Assembly: GCA_965203275.1 (NCBI GenBank)
Contig: OZ241865.1
Coordinates: forward strand, 64,001-128,000
Reading direction: 5' to 3'
Source of the DNA: Bdellovibrionales bacterium
GTDB lineage: Bacteria > Bdellovibrionota > Bdellovibrionia > Bdellovibrionales > JAUICD01
Length of the DNA: 64,000 bases
Below are positions 31,883 through 42,954 of the stretch, one piece after another. The notes below the pieces were generated by a model that was not told where the DNA came from, did no database searches, and saw nothing but the letters and a program-made list of their open reading frames with translations. The stretch's first letter is position 1. Every line of letters begins with the position of its first letter. The position numbers and the translations under genes were made by a program.

Positions 31883-33469
31883 ATGTGTGGTCTTTTTGTA
31901 GATACAGGTTCTACTCTACCAAAAGAAACATTGCTACATGCATTTGACAAGATTGCTCATCGTGGTCCTGACTCCACTGTGATCAGATGTATTCAATCGT
32001 ATATTTATTTTTTATTTCATCGCCTAGCTATTATAGATACTACTTCTTTAGGCAATCAACCCTTTGAAACTGATTTTGCGATGCTCACTTGCAATGGTGA
32101 AATATATAATTACATGGAACTTAAGAAACAATGCACAGATTATAATTTTACTAGTCATTCTGATTGTGAGGTCATATTACCTTTATATAAACGATGGGGA
32201 ATGCAAAAGCTATGCACTTGCCTTGATGCGGAATTTGTTTTTGTTTTATACGATAAGATGAAAAAAGAATTTTTTGCAGCGAGAGATGTATTAGGTATAC
32301 GTCCTTTGTTTTATGGTGTTGCTTCTAATGGAAGATATTTATTTGCCAGTGAGGCAAAAGCTCTTCATAGCATTTGTAAGAAAATAACACCCTTCCCACC
32401 AGGCCATTACTGGAGCGAGTCTCAAGGATTTGTTTGTTATCAAGATGTAACAAATGTGATGAACAAATATGAAACAAACAGAAAAAAAGCAACTCTTAAA
32501 ATTAAAGAGTATCTTACTGAAGCTGTACGTAAGAGATTGCAGAGTGATGTACCTGTTGGATTTTTTTTAAGTGGAGGGGTTGATAGCTCTTTGATTTGTG
32601 CTATTGCCACTCATATTCTCAAACAACCCATACGGACTTTTAGTGTAGGTATTGATACAAATCCTATTGATATTAAGTATGCCAAGGCTGTGGCTGAATA
32701 TATTAAAAGTGATCACTATGAATATACTTTTAGCTTAGATGAAGCTTTATCTCATTTACCAAATATCATCTATCATTTAGAAAGCTATGATATTACAACC
32801 ATTAGGGCTAGCATTGGTATGTATCTTTTAAGTCAATATATACGTCAAAAGACAGACACAAAGGTATTGCTAACAGGGGAGGTCAGTGATGAGTTATTTG
32901 GTTATAAATATACTGATTTTGCTCCATCTTCAGAAGCATTTCAACAAGAAGCACAAAAACGCATCAAAGAAATTTATATGTATGATGTGTTAAGGTGTGA
33001 TCGATGTGTGAGTGGGCATGCCCTTGAAGCAAGAGTGCCTTTTGGAGATCATGCTTTTTCTTCTTTTGTATTTCATATTGATCCTCGACTTAAAGTCAAC
33101 AACAATGGCATAGGTAAATCTTTGTTGAGAGAAGCTTTTGCTAAAGATAACTTATTACCTCAACATATTTTGTTTCGTGAGAAGGCTGCTTTTAGTGATG
33201 CTGTAGGTCATGCCTTAGTTGATGGTTTGAAAAAATATGCTACCACACAATACACAGCTGGCGATCTGCAGCAAGCAAAAGAAAAGTATCCTTATGCAAC
33301 TCCTAAGACGGCAGAAGCTTTGCTGTATAGAGATATTTTTGAGAAATTTTATCCTGGTCAATCGCATTGGATCAAAGGCTTTTGGATGCCCAATCCTAAT
33401 TGGAAACATTGCAGCGTAGAAGATCCTTCTGCTAGGGTTTTACCAAACTACAACCAAAGTGGCCACTAA
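31883..33469 (+). CDS. asnB: asparagine synthetase B
   Basis: N-terminal MCG, HRGPD, HRLAI, NGEIYN, LSGGVDSS, TTIRAS, REKAAFSDAVG. Confidence 0.95.
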   Translation: MCGLFVDTGSTLPKETLLHAFDKIAHRGPDSTVIRCIQSYIYFLFHRLAIIDTTSLGNQPFETDFAMLTCNGEIYNYMELKKQCTDYNFTSHSDCEVILPLYKRWGMQKLCTCLDAEFVFVLYDKMKKEFFAARDVLGIRPLFYGVASNGRYLFASEAKALHSICKKITPFPPGHYWSESQGFVCYQDVTNVMNKYETNRKKATLKIKEYLTEAVRKRLQSDVPVGFFLSGGVDSSLICAIATHILKQPIRTFSVGIDTNPIDIKYAKAVAEYIKSDHYEYTFSLDEALSHLPNIIYHLESYDITTIRASIGMYLLSQYIRQKTDTKVLLTGEVSDELFGYKYTDFAPSSEAFQQEAQKRIKEIYMYDVLRCDRCVSGHALEARVPFGDHAFSSFVFHIDPRLKVNNNGIGKSLLREAFAKDNLLPQHILFREKAAFSDAVGHALVDGLKKYATTQYTAGDLQQAKEKYPYATPKTAEALLYRDIFEKFYPGQSHWIKGFWMPNPNWKHCSVEDPSARVLPNYNQSGH

Positions 33470-33630
33470 TTGAACAAAACATAAATACAAGAATAGTTGC
33501 CATTTTAAATAATGTAGGTCACAAATGAAGAAAGTCATACAGGGATTGTAAAGTTATTCCTGGCCAGTGCTATTAAAACAGTTTTTAATGATAAAAGATT
33601 TAACCCAAAAACAAGAACATAAAGCTATCA

Positions 33631-35175
33631 TTATTTTTGTTGCCAGCGAGCCTTTCTACGAAGACATTCAGGATGATTTTGAGAGGTCTGATAAGCAAGT
33701 TCAGAACGTTGCCTAAGGAGCCTGACATCCTCTCTAGTAGAACAGTGACCATAAACAATAGCATTGATTTGCGTAGTGGTTAACAGTGAAAATTGCCGAC
33801 GATTTGAAGAAGAAAAATTCTTTTGCCAAAGATCATGGGTATTAGCCATAATGCTATCTTCTTGTGGGATACGGCAGTCATAAGTACTACTTCTCGTAAA
33901 ACCACTATAATCATCTACAAGTCCTAAGAGATGAAGAACTTCATGGAAAATAGACGGGCAATCTATATCTGATTGATAATTTAAGGCATCAAGCAATGTA
34001 TTATGAGCTTGAATATAAATATCATGCTTTTGGATATTCAACGAAGTGGTTTGAGCATTTTCAATTGAAATTCTTAGCTTTTGTTCATTAAGTCCTTTGA
34101 TTTGAGAATATGCTTGATTCATACAACGTCTCACCTTTCTTAAATAATGAGCATGCAATTGATCATGAGGAATATCTCCATCATACCATCTACCAGGAAG
34201 AAATCTCATAGCTACAAACGCTGTGTGGTGATTTCTAGAATCTTTGCGAATAGCATATTGGTACATCCTGCTTCTATTTAAAAAACCGCAAATAAATCTT
34301 GTTTCTTGAACTTCATAATCAGAACATTGTTTTGGAATACTTAAAGAAGATATGAGTTTTTGAATTTCCAAAGTCAGATCCCAATAACGATATTCTCTCA
34401 ATTGAACTTCAGCCATCTCTACAAAATTCAGATCCACTTCACGGATTAATTTTAAAACACGGTTTTGTATCTCGTATATATCTTGACGCAACTTATGCTC
34501 AACAAGAAGATCTTGTTGAGTTTGTTCTATTTCTGGATATCTTTCATGGATTGAAATATATGGATCAAGCATTTTTTTGATTGTTGCTATTGCTAATCTT
34601 AAACACAAGGGACTTGCCATAGAAGCTAAATGAAACATTTGATTATATTCAGATGTATTGCCATAAAGCAGTGTATGAGCTATAGACGTGTGAGAACAAA
34701 CATGAGGGCAAGAAGAAGCCGAAGATATTTGATGAAAGGCCTCTGATGTGATAGATGGAGGTAACTCCCCTATTAAATAATGCTCCTCAGGATAAAGTAT
34801 GCGTAGGGATTGATCTCTTATCCATTGGTTTTGTGTATCCAAAAGAATTGCGTTAGCATCTACTAAACAAGCTTGTATGTCTCTTATAGAAAGCTGATCA
34901 CATAGGAGCCTTGCTTTTTCTCTGGCTATCTTAATTATTTCATTAATAAATGTAGGATTGGCATGATCAGATTGATGTAAAAGGTTTTTGGCTTGTTTTA
35001 AAAAGGAATCTAAAAAGACTTTTTTACCTCCCAGACTGATTCTCACCATATAAGGTCGATCATTAGGCTCGAGTCCTTTAATGATTTTATAAGGATCATA
35101 TAAAAAAATTGTTGTGGATAATCCAAACACTTGAGAATTAATGAATATAAAACAAATGAAAAGTAAGCATTTCAT
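33631..35175 (-). CDS. secreted putative zinc metalloprotease
   Basis: Signal peptide; HEVLHLLGLVDDY and a downstream SIM Met-turn-like motif. Confidence 0.65.
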   Translation of the reverse strand: MKCLLFICFIFINSQVFGLSTTIFLYDPYKIIKGLEPNDRPYMVRISLGGKKVFLDSFLKQAKNLLHQSDHANPTFINEIIKIAREKARLLCDQLSIRDIQACLVDANAILLDTQNQWIRDQSLRILYPEEHYLIGELPPSITSEAFHQISSASSCPHVCSHTSIAHTLLYGNTSEYNQMFHLASMASPLCLRLAIATIKKMLDPYISIHERYPEIEQTQQDLLVEHKLRQDIYEIQNRVLKLIREVDLNFVEMAEVQLREYRYWDLTLEIQKLISSLSIPKQCSDYEVQETRFICGFLNRSRMYQYAIRKDSRNHHTAFVAMRFLPGRWYDGDIPHDQLHAHYLRKVRRCMNQAYSQIKGLNEQKLRISIENAQTTSLNIQKHDIYIQAHNTLLDALNYQSDIDCPSIFHEVLHLLGLVDDYSGFTRSSTYDCRIPQEDSIMANTHDLWQKNFSSSNRRQFSLLTTTQINAIVYGHCSTREDVRLLRQRSELAYQTSQNHPECLRRKARWQQK

Positions 35176-35408
35176 AAAATTTATAAAAGCACTTTTAAAT
35201 TATTATGTCAAGTCTATGAACCTTGATACAATGAATACTTTGTGGATTGAGTTAAAATAAGACTTTATTATTACAAAAAAAAGAAATTCTTTTTTATCCT
35301 CATAAACTTATTGCAATTGTTTTTCTTCATTTAATTCTTCACTCAAGATGAATGGATTTGACATATTAAGCTACACAAAGGATAATAATTTTTGAAAAGG
35401 AGGTCCTT

Positions 35409-36221
35409 ATGCTCACCAAAGACACTTATAGAAATAAAACTCTCTCTCGAAGAATCAAAATCTGTGCTATTTTATGTTTAATAGCCTGTGTTGTATTTTC
35501 AACAGGAATTGACAAAAGCCAAGCTTTAGCAGTTTCTCCAAGTACAATTATCTTAATTAATGATAACTATACAGTTTTGTTTTATAGAGATTTTCGTTAT
35601 CATACAAACCATCAAGGGATGACTATTTTAATCAATGATGTTGTCATTAAACCTTGCAAAAACCTTACTGTTATTGAATCTATATCTGACTGTCAATTAG
35701 CATCTGGTCAATCACTTAGAAGGGTTTCTGTCAATACATTTAAAGAAAGAATCAAAGAAGGCTTAAAAATTCTTACAAATGCAAATGCTCATTTTACTTC
35801 AAAAAATGATGGAACTATCCATGATATGCTTTTTGTTCACCAAAGTATTCAAGAAGACATTATGGATATCAAAGCAAGATATGATGAGAAAAATGCACAT
35901 TTTCAATCATTGCAAGAGATCATAAATACTTATGGAAGACATGCTCTATCACAAGATGAAGATCAACAATATGAAACTTTGAGAGAAGAACTATTAGATA
36001 TACAGGATCAAGCTACTCAGTGGATTAACTACACTGAAGAAGTTGCTATAGAAATTGATGACCTCATAGATGTTTTACTTAATGAAATGCTTTCTTTAAA
36101 TGCAGGTTTACAACATCATATTGTAAGTAATGCTATTGCTTTTACTTCAGATTCACAAGATCATTTTATACTCCACTTGTTGATAGGATATTTAAATCAA
36201 GCTCCTTTAAAATTATTCTAG
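35409..36221 (+). CDS. hypothetical exported protein with coiled coil
   Basis: AAGGAGG SD; hydrophobic N-terminal segment; heptad-rich C-terminal half. Confidence 0.7.
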   Translation: MLTKDTYRNKTLSRRIKICAILCLIACVVFSTGIDKSQALAVSPSTIILINDNYTVLFYRDFRYHTNHQGMTILINDVVIKPCKNLTVIESISDCQLASGQSLRRVSVNTFKERIKEGLKILTNANAHFTSKNDGTIHDMLFVHQSIQEDIMDIKARYDEKNAHFQSLQEIINTYGRHALSQDEDQQYETLREELLDIQDQATQWINYTEEVAIEIDDLIDVLLNEMLSLNAGLQHHIVSNAIAFTSDSQDHFILHLLIGYLNQAPLKLF

Positions 36222-36300
36222 TGGATGTATCTTTGTGAATAAAAATGAAATAATACAAACAATACTCTATCATTAACAAAAATAAATCATTGGATATTTT

Positions 36301-37527
36301 ATGAAAGTATTTTTGCTTTTTATATTGATCAGCAATCATGCCTTTGCTTACACTTTTGATGAGGCGATTGCTCACTTAAGCCATCATCCTGTTGTTCAGT
36401 CCATTCATCAACAAGCTTTTTTATTTAAGCAAAAGGGACAGCAAGAGGGATCATGGGGTGATCCAATCTTTCATGTTTCTATGAGGAATATGACAGGTCG
36501 CACAGTGTCTTTTCCTACAGTTGATCCCACAATCATGCAAAGCATAAATTTTCAAATCTCTCAAAAGGTAGCCTTGACTCCTGTTTATGGTACGAAAAAA
36601 AAATCACTTTTTCAAATGGCTCTAGCCCAAGAGCATACAAAAGAAGATCAAAAAAGAAAATTAATTATTGATTTATGGATTCACTTAATTACAAATAGGA
36701 GTCTCAATGAAGAAATGCAAATTCTCAAAGAGAATCTTGACTGGATGATGAATACTATAAGTGTTTCAGAAAAACTCTATGTCAATGGCACAATCTCTCA
36801 ACAAGCACTTCTCAATATTAAAATCAGGAAATCTGAGATGGAATCTGATATAGAAAATAAAAAATCACAAATTAAAAAACAAAGCGAACATCTCAAATAT
36901 CTTGTTGATTTAGAAGGCACATTAGATATTGCTACAATCCCTTGGGATTTTTTAGAAACCAAAACTATTCGCACAGATCTACAAGATTTTAAGCAAAAAG
37001 CTTTTGACGCTCAGCTCACATCTAAAGAGTTAAAACTAAAAGCTACCAAACTAGCCTATATACCAGATATGACTCTTTCATTAGGTTATACAAAAATGCT
37101 TCAACATAATAAAGAGGGATTTATTTCTGCTGGTATAACATGGACCCTCCCTTTATCTCGTCAAAAATATGCAGCTCGTTTAAGTGCAGAATTTGAAAAA
37201 CAAAAAACCATAGAAGAAATAAATCAATACCAGAGGCTTAAAGAAAATCAAACAAAGAAACTTTTGCATGATATTCAAGAAAACAAATCTCAACTTCAGA
37301 TCATTCATCAACAAGCTATTCCCTTTGCTAGAAATTCTAAACAAATCACATCTCAATCATATAGACTAGGTCAATCTAACTATGTAGATCTTTTGCAAGC
37401 AGAACTTCAAATGCAAAAATTATTACTTAAAAGTAGCCTTTTAAAAGCTAGCCTTGCTAAAAATCAAATAACATATAAATATTTAATAGGTGATGATCTC
37501 TATAGAGGAAATATGAATCTAAAGTAA
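36301..37527 (+). CDS. TolC-family outer membrane efflux protein
   Basis: Signal peptide; WGDP, YIPDMTLSLGY, YRLGQSNYVDLLQA helical-barrel repeats. Confidence 0.8.
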   Translation: MKVFLLFILISNHAFAYTFDEAIAHLSHHPVVQSIHQQAFLFKQKGQQEGSWGDPIFHVSMRNMTGRTVSFPTVDPTIMQSINFQISQKVALTPVYGTKKKSLFQMALAQEHTKEDQKRKLIIDLWIHLITNRSLNEEMQILKENLDWMMNTISVSEKLYVNGTISQQALLNIKIRKSEMESDIENKKSQIKKQSEHLKYLVDLEGTLDIATIPWDFLETKTIRTDLQDFKQKAFDAQLTSKELKLKATKLAYIPDMTLSLGYTKMLQHNKEGFISAGITWTLPLSRQKYAARLSAEFEKQKTIEEINQYQRLKENQTKKLLHDIQENKSQLQIIHQQAIPFARNSKQITSQSYRLGQSNYVDLLQAELQMQKLLLKSSLLKASLAKNQITYKYLIGDDLYRGNMNLK

Positions 37528-37611
37528 TCTTTTTCTCTAAAATATGAAAATAGCTAAAGAAATCAAGAATATCAAAGACAACAAATCAAAGCTTCCATTG
37601 TTAGTAAATGG

Positions 37612-38199
37612 TCACACCGAAGAAGAGTTATTAATAATATTTTTAATAATATTGTGAAATAGTTGATAAGAATGATCAAATTCATTATTGATCACTTGGT
37701 GATCATAAAGATGAGCCATTTTAATTTCCTCTTTGGCATTTTTTAGCCTCAGCTCTAAAAATTTTGTCTCCCCATCTCTTTTTCTTAGTCTTTTTTCAAG
37801 TTCTTCCATTGATGGGGGTAAGATAAAAATAGTGTGAGCAAAGGAATATTGCTTTTTTAAAATTTTAGCTCCTTGAACATCAATATCCATAATCACAATG
37901 CGTCCTTGTTTCCATGCATCCTTAAGTTGTTGCTTTGATGTTCCATAATAATAAGAATGTACAACAGCCCACTCTGCAAAAAGTTCTTTATGAATCATCT
38001 GTAAAAACTTTTCTTCTGTGATAAAAAAATAAGGATGACCATAAGCTTCACCCTTACGAGGATGCCGAGTGGTATGACTAATGCTATGAATTAAAATGGG
38101 GAATTGACCTAATGCTTTGTTACAAAAACTAGATTTGCCAGATCCACTAGGGGCTGAAACAATAATTAATCTTTGCTTTGCTACTTTATCTTGAAGCAT
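37612..38199 (-). CDS. gmk: guanylate kinase
   Basis: SAPSGSGKS, SHTTRHPRKGE, YYGT, DIDVQG, IFILPPSMEELEKRL. Confidence 0.96.
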   Translation of the reverse strand: MLQDKVAKQRLIIVSAPSGSGKSSFCNKALGQFPILIHSISHTTRHPRKGEAYGHPYFFITEEKFLQMIHKELFAEWAVVHSYYYGTSKQQLKDAWKQGRIVIMDIDVQGAKILKKQYSFAHTIFILPPSMEELEKRLRKRDGETKFLELRLKNAKEEIKMAHLYDHQVINNEFDHSYQLFHNIIKNIINNSSSV

Positions 38200-38293
38200 A
38201 ACCTTGAACCATAAATCATTCTTTGTTGCACATTGTTTATATGACAACACACATAAAAACTAAAGAGAAATTTTATATTGAAAATCAGAAGCT

Positions 38294-38662
38294 CTATCTG
38301 GCATATTGCCTTTTAAGATTTTCTCTCATTTGAGCTCCCTCAATACTTAAAGATGTCCAAGGAATTGCCATCAACCTTTTTGCTTCAATAGGTTCTTCTG
38401 TTTCATCACATATCCCATAAGATCCATCTTCAATCCTTGCAAGTGCATTTTCAATTTCAACCAATCGATGCTTAAGTCGCTCACGCTCTAAGACTGCATC
38501 TTGCTCTTGACGAAGAGTCACTGTTTGATCAGCTTCATCTCCGCCTCTCTTATCTACTAAAGAAAAATTTTGACGGTTCATTTGAAGTCTGTTCATAATT
38601 TTAACTTTTTCCTTCAAAAGATCCTCTTTACGTTGGTTTATAAAAGTATTCTGTAATGCCAT
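38294..38662 (-). CDS. dksA: TraR/DksA-family regulator
   Basis: GDEAD, IENALARIEDGSYGIC, RLMAIPW; only one Cys of the usual four-Cys zinc finger. Confidence 0.8.
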   Translation of the reverse strand: MALQNTFINQRKEDLLKEKVKIMNRLQMNRQNFSLVDKRGGDEADQTVTLRQEQDAVLERERLKHRLVEIENALARIEDGSYGICDETEEPIEAKRLMAIPWTSLSIEGAQMRENLKRQYAR

Positions 38663-38951
38663 TGTAACCCCCTCTCTTTTTATAATGTTCTATAAAAAAT
38701 ATTTTATAAAACTTAAACTATTCAAATAGCATTGCTTAATAGAAAAAAACTATAAAACTCCTTTAGATTTGACCTTTAAATTTAATTATTACTTATAGCT
38801 TTGTTGTAACTGGCCTATTCAAATATTTATAAACTATCTATGTCAAAAATCAACATAGATTCTTATGTTTTTTATATTTTTTTTAAATAAAAATGCTATT
38901 ATTAGGATTTGGTTTTAGATAGCATAAATTTTATTTATGATAGGTGTTGAT

Positions 38952-39740
38952 TCAATCTTCAATTTCTATAGCGATAGGACAGTGATCTGACCCTTGGATA
39001 TGATCTAAAATTTCCACACCAATAACTCTTTCAATTAACTTGTGTGTGACACAAATCAAGTCAATCCTCCATCCTTTATTAGAAGGGCGAGCTACTTCTT
39101 TTAAGCTCCACCATGTATAGCAATCTTTTTTATCTGGATAAAAGTGGCGAAAGGTATCTATAAACCCTAAGTCTAACATTTCCTGGAACCAAGTCCTTTC
39201 TTCTGGTAAAAATCCACTTATATGACAATGTTTTTGTGGGTCATAGAGATCTATTTCTGTAGGAGCTATATTATAATCTCCTAAGACAATAATTTCTTTT
39301 CCAGAATCAATATCTTTTTTAAGGGTATTTAAAAATACTTTATTAAATTGTCTTTTATAATTAAGTCTTGCTTCTGAACTCCTCCCATTAGGAAAATACA
39401 CATTATATAATTTAAAGCTTTGATCTGTAGATATTAAACTGCCATGACAGCTAATTAAAAAACGGCCTTCATTATCAAATTGTGGATGACCAATTTGAAA
39501 TGAAGTTTCCTGTGGCTCTTGACAAGTAAAAGTTGCTACACCTGAATAGCCTTTTCTTTCTGCACTGGACCAATAAGAAAACATCCCACAAGGCTCTAAA
39601 AGCTCTTGAGGAACCTGCTCTTTGTGTGCTTTGGTTTCTTGAACACAAAAAATATCAGGTTGTTGTTCTTTAAGAAAAGACATCAACCCCTTTCTATAAG
39701 CAGCACGAATACCATTAACATTCCACGAAATAATCTTCAT
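38952..39740 (-). CDS. xth: exodeoxyribonuclease III
   Basis: ISWNVNGIRA, QETK, GYSGVA, YFPNG, GDYNIA, WRID, GSDHCP. Confidence 0.96.
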   Translation of the reverse strand: MKIISWNVNGIRAAYRKGLMSFLKEQQPDIFCVQETKAHKEQVPQELLEPCGMFSYWSSAERKGYSGVATFTCQEPQETSFQIGHPQFDNEGRFLISCHGSLISTDQSFKLYNVYFPNGRSSEARLNYKRQFNKVFLNTLKKDIDSGKEIIVLGDYNIAPTEIDLYDPQKHCHISGFLPEERTWFQEMLDLGFIDTFRHFYPDKKDCYTWWSLKEVARPSNKGWRIDLICVTHKLIERVIGVEILDHIQGSDHCPIAIEIED

Positions 39741-41263
39741 TTGGACCTTCTATTGTCTAATTTCGTCTTTTTTGCACTAAAAGTGGTCTGACCTCTAGTC
39801 ACTTTCTGGTTGCCAGCCGAAGGCTATTCGCCTTCTTATTCTTTTTCACTAAAAATAAACCAGCCTCTGGCTGTTTTTGAGCTGGATCTTCAATTTATTT
39901 CTTAAATTTCAAAATCATTGCCCTGAGACCAGACTCTTTCCCATTTATATCATTAGTTTTTATCACTTTTTACTCATTTGGCTTTGAAATTCTGTGCTTG
40001 CAAATAAAAAATCTGGATGCGAATGGTAATGGGCATTGCTCTGACAGCTTACGCTGTCTAAAAAGAGCAATGCCTCAAAAATCTGTTTATTTTTAGTAAG
40101 GAGGAAGCCTTCATTTTTTACTACATGTTAAGGAAAAAGTTCCTTCTATCAAAATTCCCTCAAAATTTCCCTTCCCTGAATATTCTAATCTAATTTCGTA
40201 TATCCATCAGGTCAAGCTCATTTCAGAGAACTGAAAGGTCAATTTTGAGGAGATCGGCTAGAAAATCACTGCATAACATCTTAATATGTACTCTTTGTTG
40301 TATATATTATTCTCAATCCTTTCTTTGAACCTTCTGTCTTTGGACCTTCTATTGTCTAACTTCGTTGATCCTCATTTGGACCTTCTATTGTCTAATTTCG
40401 TTGATCCTCATCTACCCGTACGAACCTCTTTCAGAGATACGTGAACTGTTTCCCTCAAAATTTCCCTTCCCTGAATATTCTAATCTAATTTCGTATATCC
40501 ATCAGGTCAAGCTCATTTCAGAGAACTGAAAGGTCAATTTTGAGGAGATCGGCTAGAAAATCACTGCATAACATCTTAATATGTACTCTTTGTTGTATAT
40601 ATTATTCTCAATCCTTTCTTTGAACCTTCTGTCTTTGGACCTTCTATTGTCTAACTTCGTTGATCCTCATCTACCCGTACGTATTTGATTTTCACTCAAA
40701 ATAAATCATGCCTCTGTTTCACTAAAAGTAAACCAGCCTCTGGCTGTTTTTGGGCAATCAGCCCGACGGCTCACGCCGTCGATCAAAGGCTGATTGCCTC
40801 AAAAATCCGTTTACTTTGAGTAGGGCGGATCTCCTTGCTTCTGACACCATGTTAGGGAAAAAGTGCTTTTATTACCTTAAGAGCAAGTGGTTTACGAATG
40901 AGGAACTTTTTCCTTAACATGTAGTCAAGAGACGAAGAGATCCTTTCTACTAAAAGTGGTCAGGCTTTCTAGGTGATGACCATTTTATCGATGGCGAAAG
41001 CCATTGCGGTCATTGTCCATTACCATTCGCATCTAGATTTTTTATTTGCAAGCACAGAATTTCAAAGCCAAATAAGATGAAGGTTTGTACAAGCTAATGA
41101 TATGAATGGGAAAGAGTCTGGTCTCAGGGCAATGATTTTGAAATTTAAGAAATAAATTGAAGATCCAGCTCAAAAGTGGCCAGAGGCCAGTTCATTTTGA
41201 GTGAAATGTTAAGGAAAAAGTTCAGTTTTAGTACCTGATGCCGGGTTGCCAGATCCCAGATCC
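39741..41263. repeat. large mixed cluster: family A units carrying a ~152-bp insert, family B tandem (295-bp period, minus strand), central spacer, heptamer
   Basis: Insert copies at 39880-40031 (minus) and 41018-41170 (plus); family B starts at 40156 and 40451. Confidence 0.9.
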
Positions 41264-41336
41264 CTTTAGTTGTTTTGAAATTTGGTATACTCCTTTAAAT
41301 CCATACCAGCAAATCTTATAATTTAAAAAAGGCAAA

Positions 41337-41735
41337 TTATTTTTTCAGCTTGAGAATGTCGTCTTTGGACAAACCTGTCATTGTAGAGATCAATGAAATA
41401 TTGAGATTTTCTTTCAACATATTTTGTGCTACTTTCTCCATTCCATCCTTACGACCTTTTTCCATCCCTTTTTCCATTCCTTTTTCCATCCCTTCCTTAC
41501 GACCTTTTTCCATCCCTTTTTCCATCCCTTTCTCCACTCCTTCCTTACGACCTTTTTCCATCCCTTTTTCCATTCCTTTTTCCATCCCTTCCTTACGACC
41601 TTTCTTCATCCCTTTCTCATAAGCACCCTCTTCTCTGGCTACTTGATCTTTTCTGTCTCTCTCTTTCACCATTGCAAGTTCCTGTAATGTCTCATCTTTT
41701 GATAATATCCATAAATGCTTTGCTGCTTCTGCCAT
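41337..41735 (-). CDS. putative internally translated RpnS-like protein, 132 aa
   Basis: AAGGGAGGT directly upstream of the in-frame ATG at 41735 (KGGI-MAEAA). Confidence 0.55.
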   Translation of the reverse strand: MAEAAKHLWILSKDETLQELAMVKERDRKDQVAREEGAYEKGMKKGRKEGMEKGMEKGMEKGRKEGVEKGMEKGMEKGRKEGMEKGMEKGMEKGRKDGMEKVAQNMLKENLNISLISTMTGLSKDDILKLKK

Positions 41736-42374
41736 AATACCTCCCTTGTTTTGAAAATTGGTATACTCCTTTAAATCCATATTACCAGAGTTCTTTAAAA
41801 GATAACACCAATCTGCCTTTTTGTCAAATAATTCATGCAAACTTGACTGAAACTTGCCTAATTCTACAATGACAAAACACAATCCACGAGACATAATCAC
41901 TTCTGGTGGTTTTGTCCGACGGATATTGCAGATATGATAGTAATCCTTTATCCCTGCAAATTCTTTTAAATTAGCTGTTGTAAAAACAAGTGAATACACA
42001 GGAAGTAATTTATTAAAATCTTCGCCTTTCTTTATCTGACCAGAATAAGCCCTAGAAGCATAAACTAATATCCGATCTGTAAAAAACTTTTGACTTGTTG
42101 TTTGAACTTCTACATGGACAATATCTGTATCTTGAAGAACGCCTCTGATCCGTCTTCTTAATTTTACACGCAAATCTAAAGTAAAGGATTTGTATTCGTC
42201 TGGAACCTTATCGGGAAGAAGCTCTGTGTTTAATAATGAAACACCCTCTATCACAGAACCCTTAGGCAAAGGCACAAAATTCTCTACCAGTGAAATTAAA
42301 AGGTCTTCTCTCTTTTCAAAAAAAGCCTTGAAAATAGCATCTATTGTTAATTGTAATAAAACTCTCTCTGTCAT
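41337..42374 (-). CDS. Rpn-family (PD-(D/E)XK nuclease / putative transposase) protein
   Basis: DAIFKAFF, LDLRV, HVEVQ, DRILVY, VELGKF; EKGM/RKEG repeats; C-terminal ISTMTGLS helix. Confidence 0.88.
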   Translation of the reverse strand: MTERVLLQLTIDAIFKAFFEKREDLLISLVENFVPLPKGSVIEGVSLLNTELLPDKVPDEYKSFTLDLRVKLRRRIRGVLQDTDIVHVEVQTTSQKFFTDRILVYASRAYSGQIKKGEDFNKLLPVYSLVFTTANLKEFAGIKDYYHICNIRRTKPPEVIMSRGLCFVIVELGKFQSSLHELFDKKADWCYLLKNSGNMDLKEYTNFQNKGGIMAEAAKHLWILSKDETLQELAMVKERDRKDQVAREEGAYEKGMKKGRKEGMEKGMEKGMEKGRKEGVEKGMEKGMEKGRKEGMEKGMEKGMEKGRKDGMEKVAQNMLKENLNISLISTMTGLSKDDILKLKK

Positions 42375-42582
42375 AACTTTGAACCTCCCTTTATATCTTT
42401 AAACATAATACAAATACCCTAAATGAAACCAAAACACAATATCCACAAATAGCAACTTTTAGCTTAATATTATCTCTAGCATTGATTTATTTATCTGAAA
42501 TTTCGTTTTTCCCCTTATTTTTAGGTTTTTTATATTGTCATCATACGAAAAAACAAAAATTAAGACAAATATAGAATTGGTA

Positions 42583-42924
42583 TTATTCTATAACTCCGGC
42601 CTCTTTTAAGAGGCTTACAACCTTTATATAGCCTTCATGACTAGTATCCATTAAAGCCGTCTCGCCAAATTTGTCTTGATGATTGACGTTAGCTCCATTT
42701 TCTAGCAATACCCTTACAACTTCTATATGGACTCTAGGGTCATCAGTGTCTTGAAGATTGACGTTAAGAGCTCCATTTTCTAGCAATACCCTTGCAACCT
42801 CTATATGGCCTTCAGAGTTAATATGTATTAAAGGTGGCAGTGGCATAAGGCTTTTAGCACAAGCCCATAGAGAATCACTAGAAACAAGCAAAGCAATAAA
42901 TAGGATAAAAATATATTTTTTCAT
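42583..42924 (-). CDS. small secreted ankyrin-repeat protein, possibly internally deleted
   Basis: Signal peptide nearly identical to that of 58860; VRVLLENGANVNHQDKFGETALM. Confidence 0.75.
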   Translation of the reverse strand: MKKYIFILFIALLVSSDSLWACAKSLMPLPPLIHINSEGHIEVARVLLENGALNVNLQDTDDPRVHIEVVRVLLENGANVNHQDKFGETALMDTSHEGYIKVVSLLKEAGVIE

Positions 42925-42954
42925 TTGTACCTTCCTTTTGAATTTTTGATTTTA

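Noticed and set aside
41350..41737. Antisense ORFs over the rpn repeat tracts (also 55700-56112), the PT linker (57338-57619) and the hexapeptide gene
   Set aside because: Shadow ORFs caused by low-complexity in-frame repeats.
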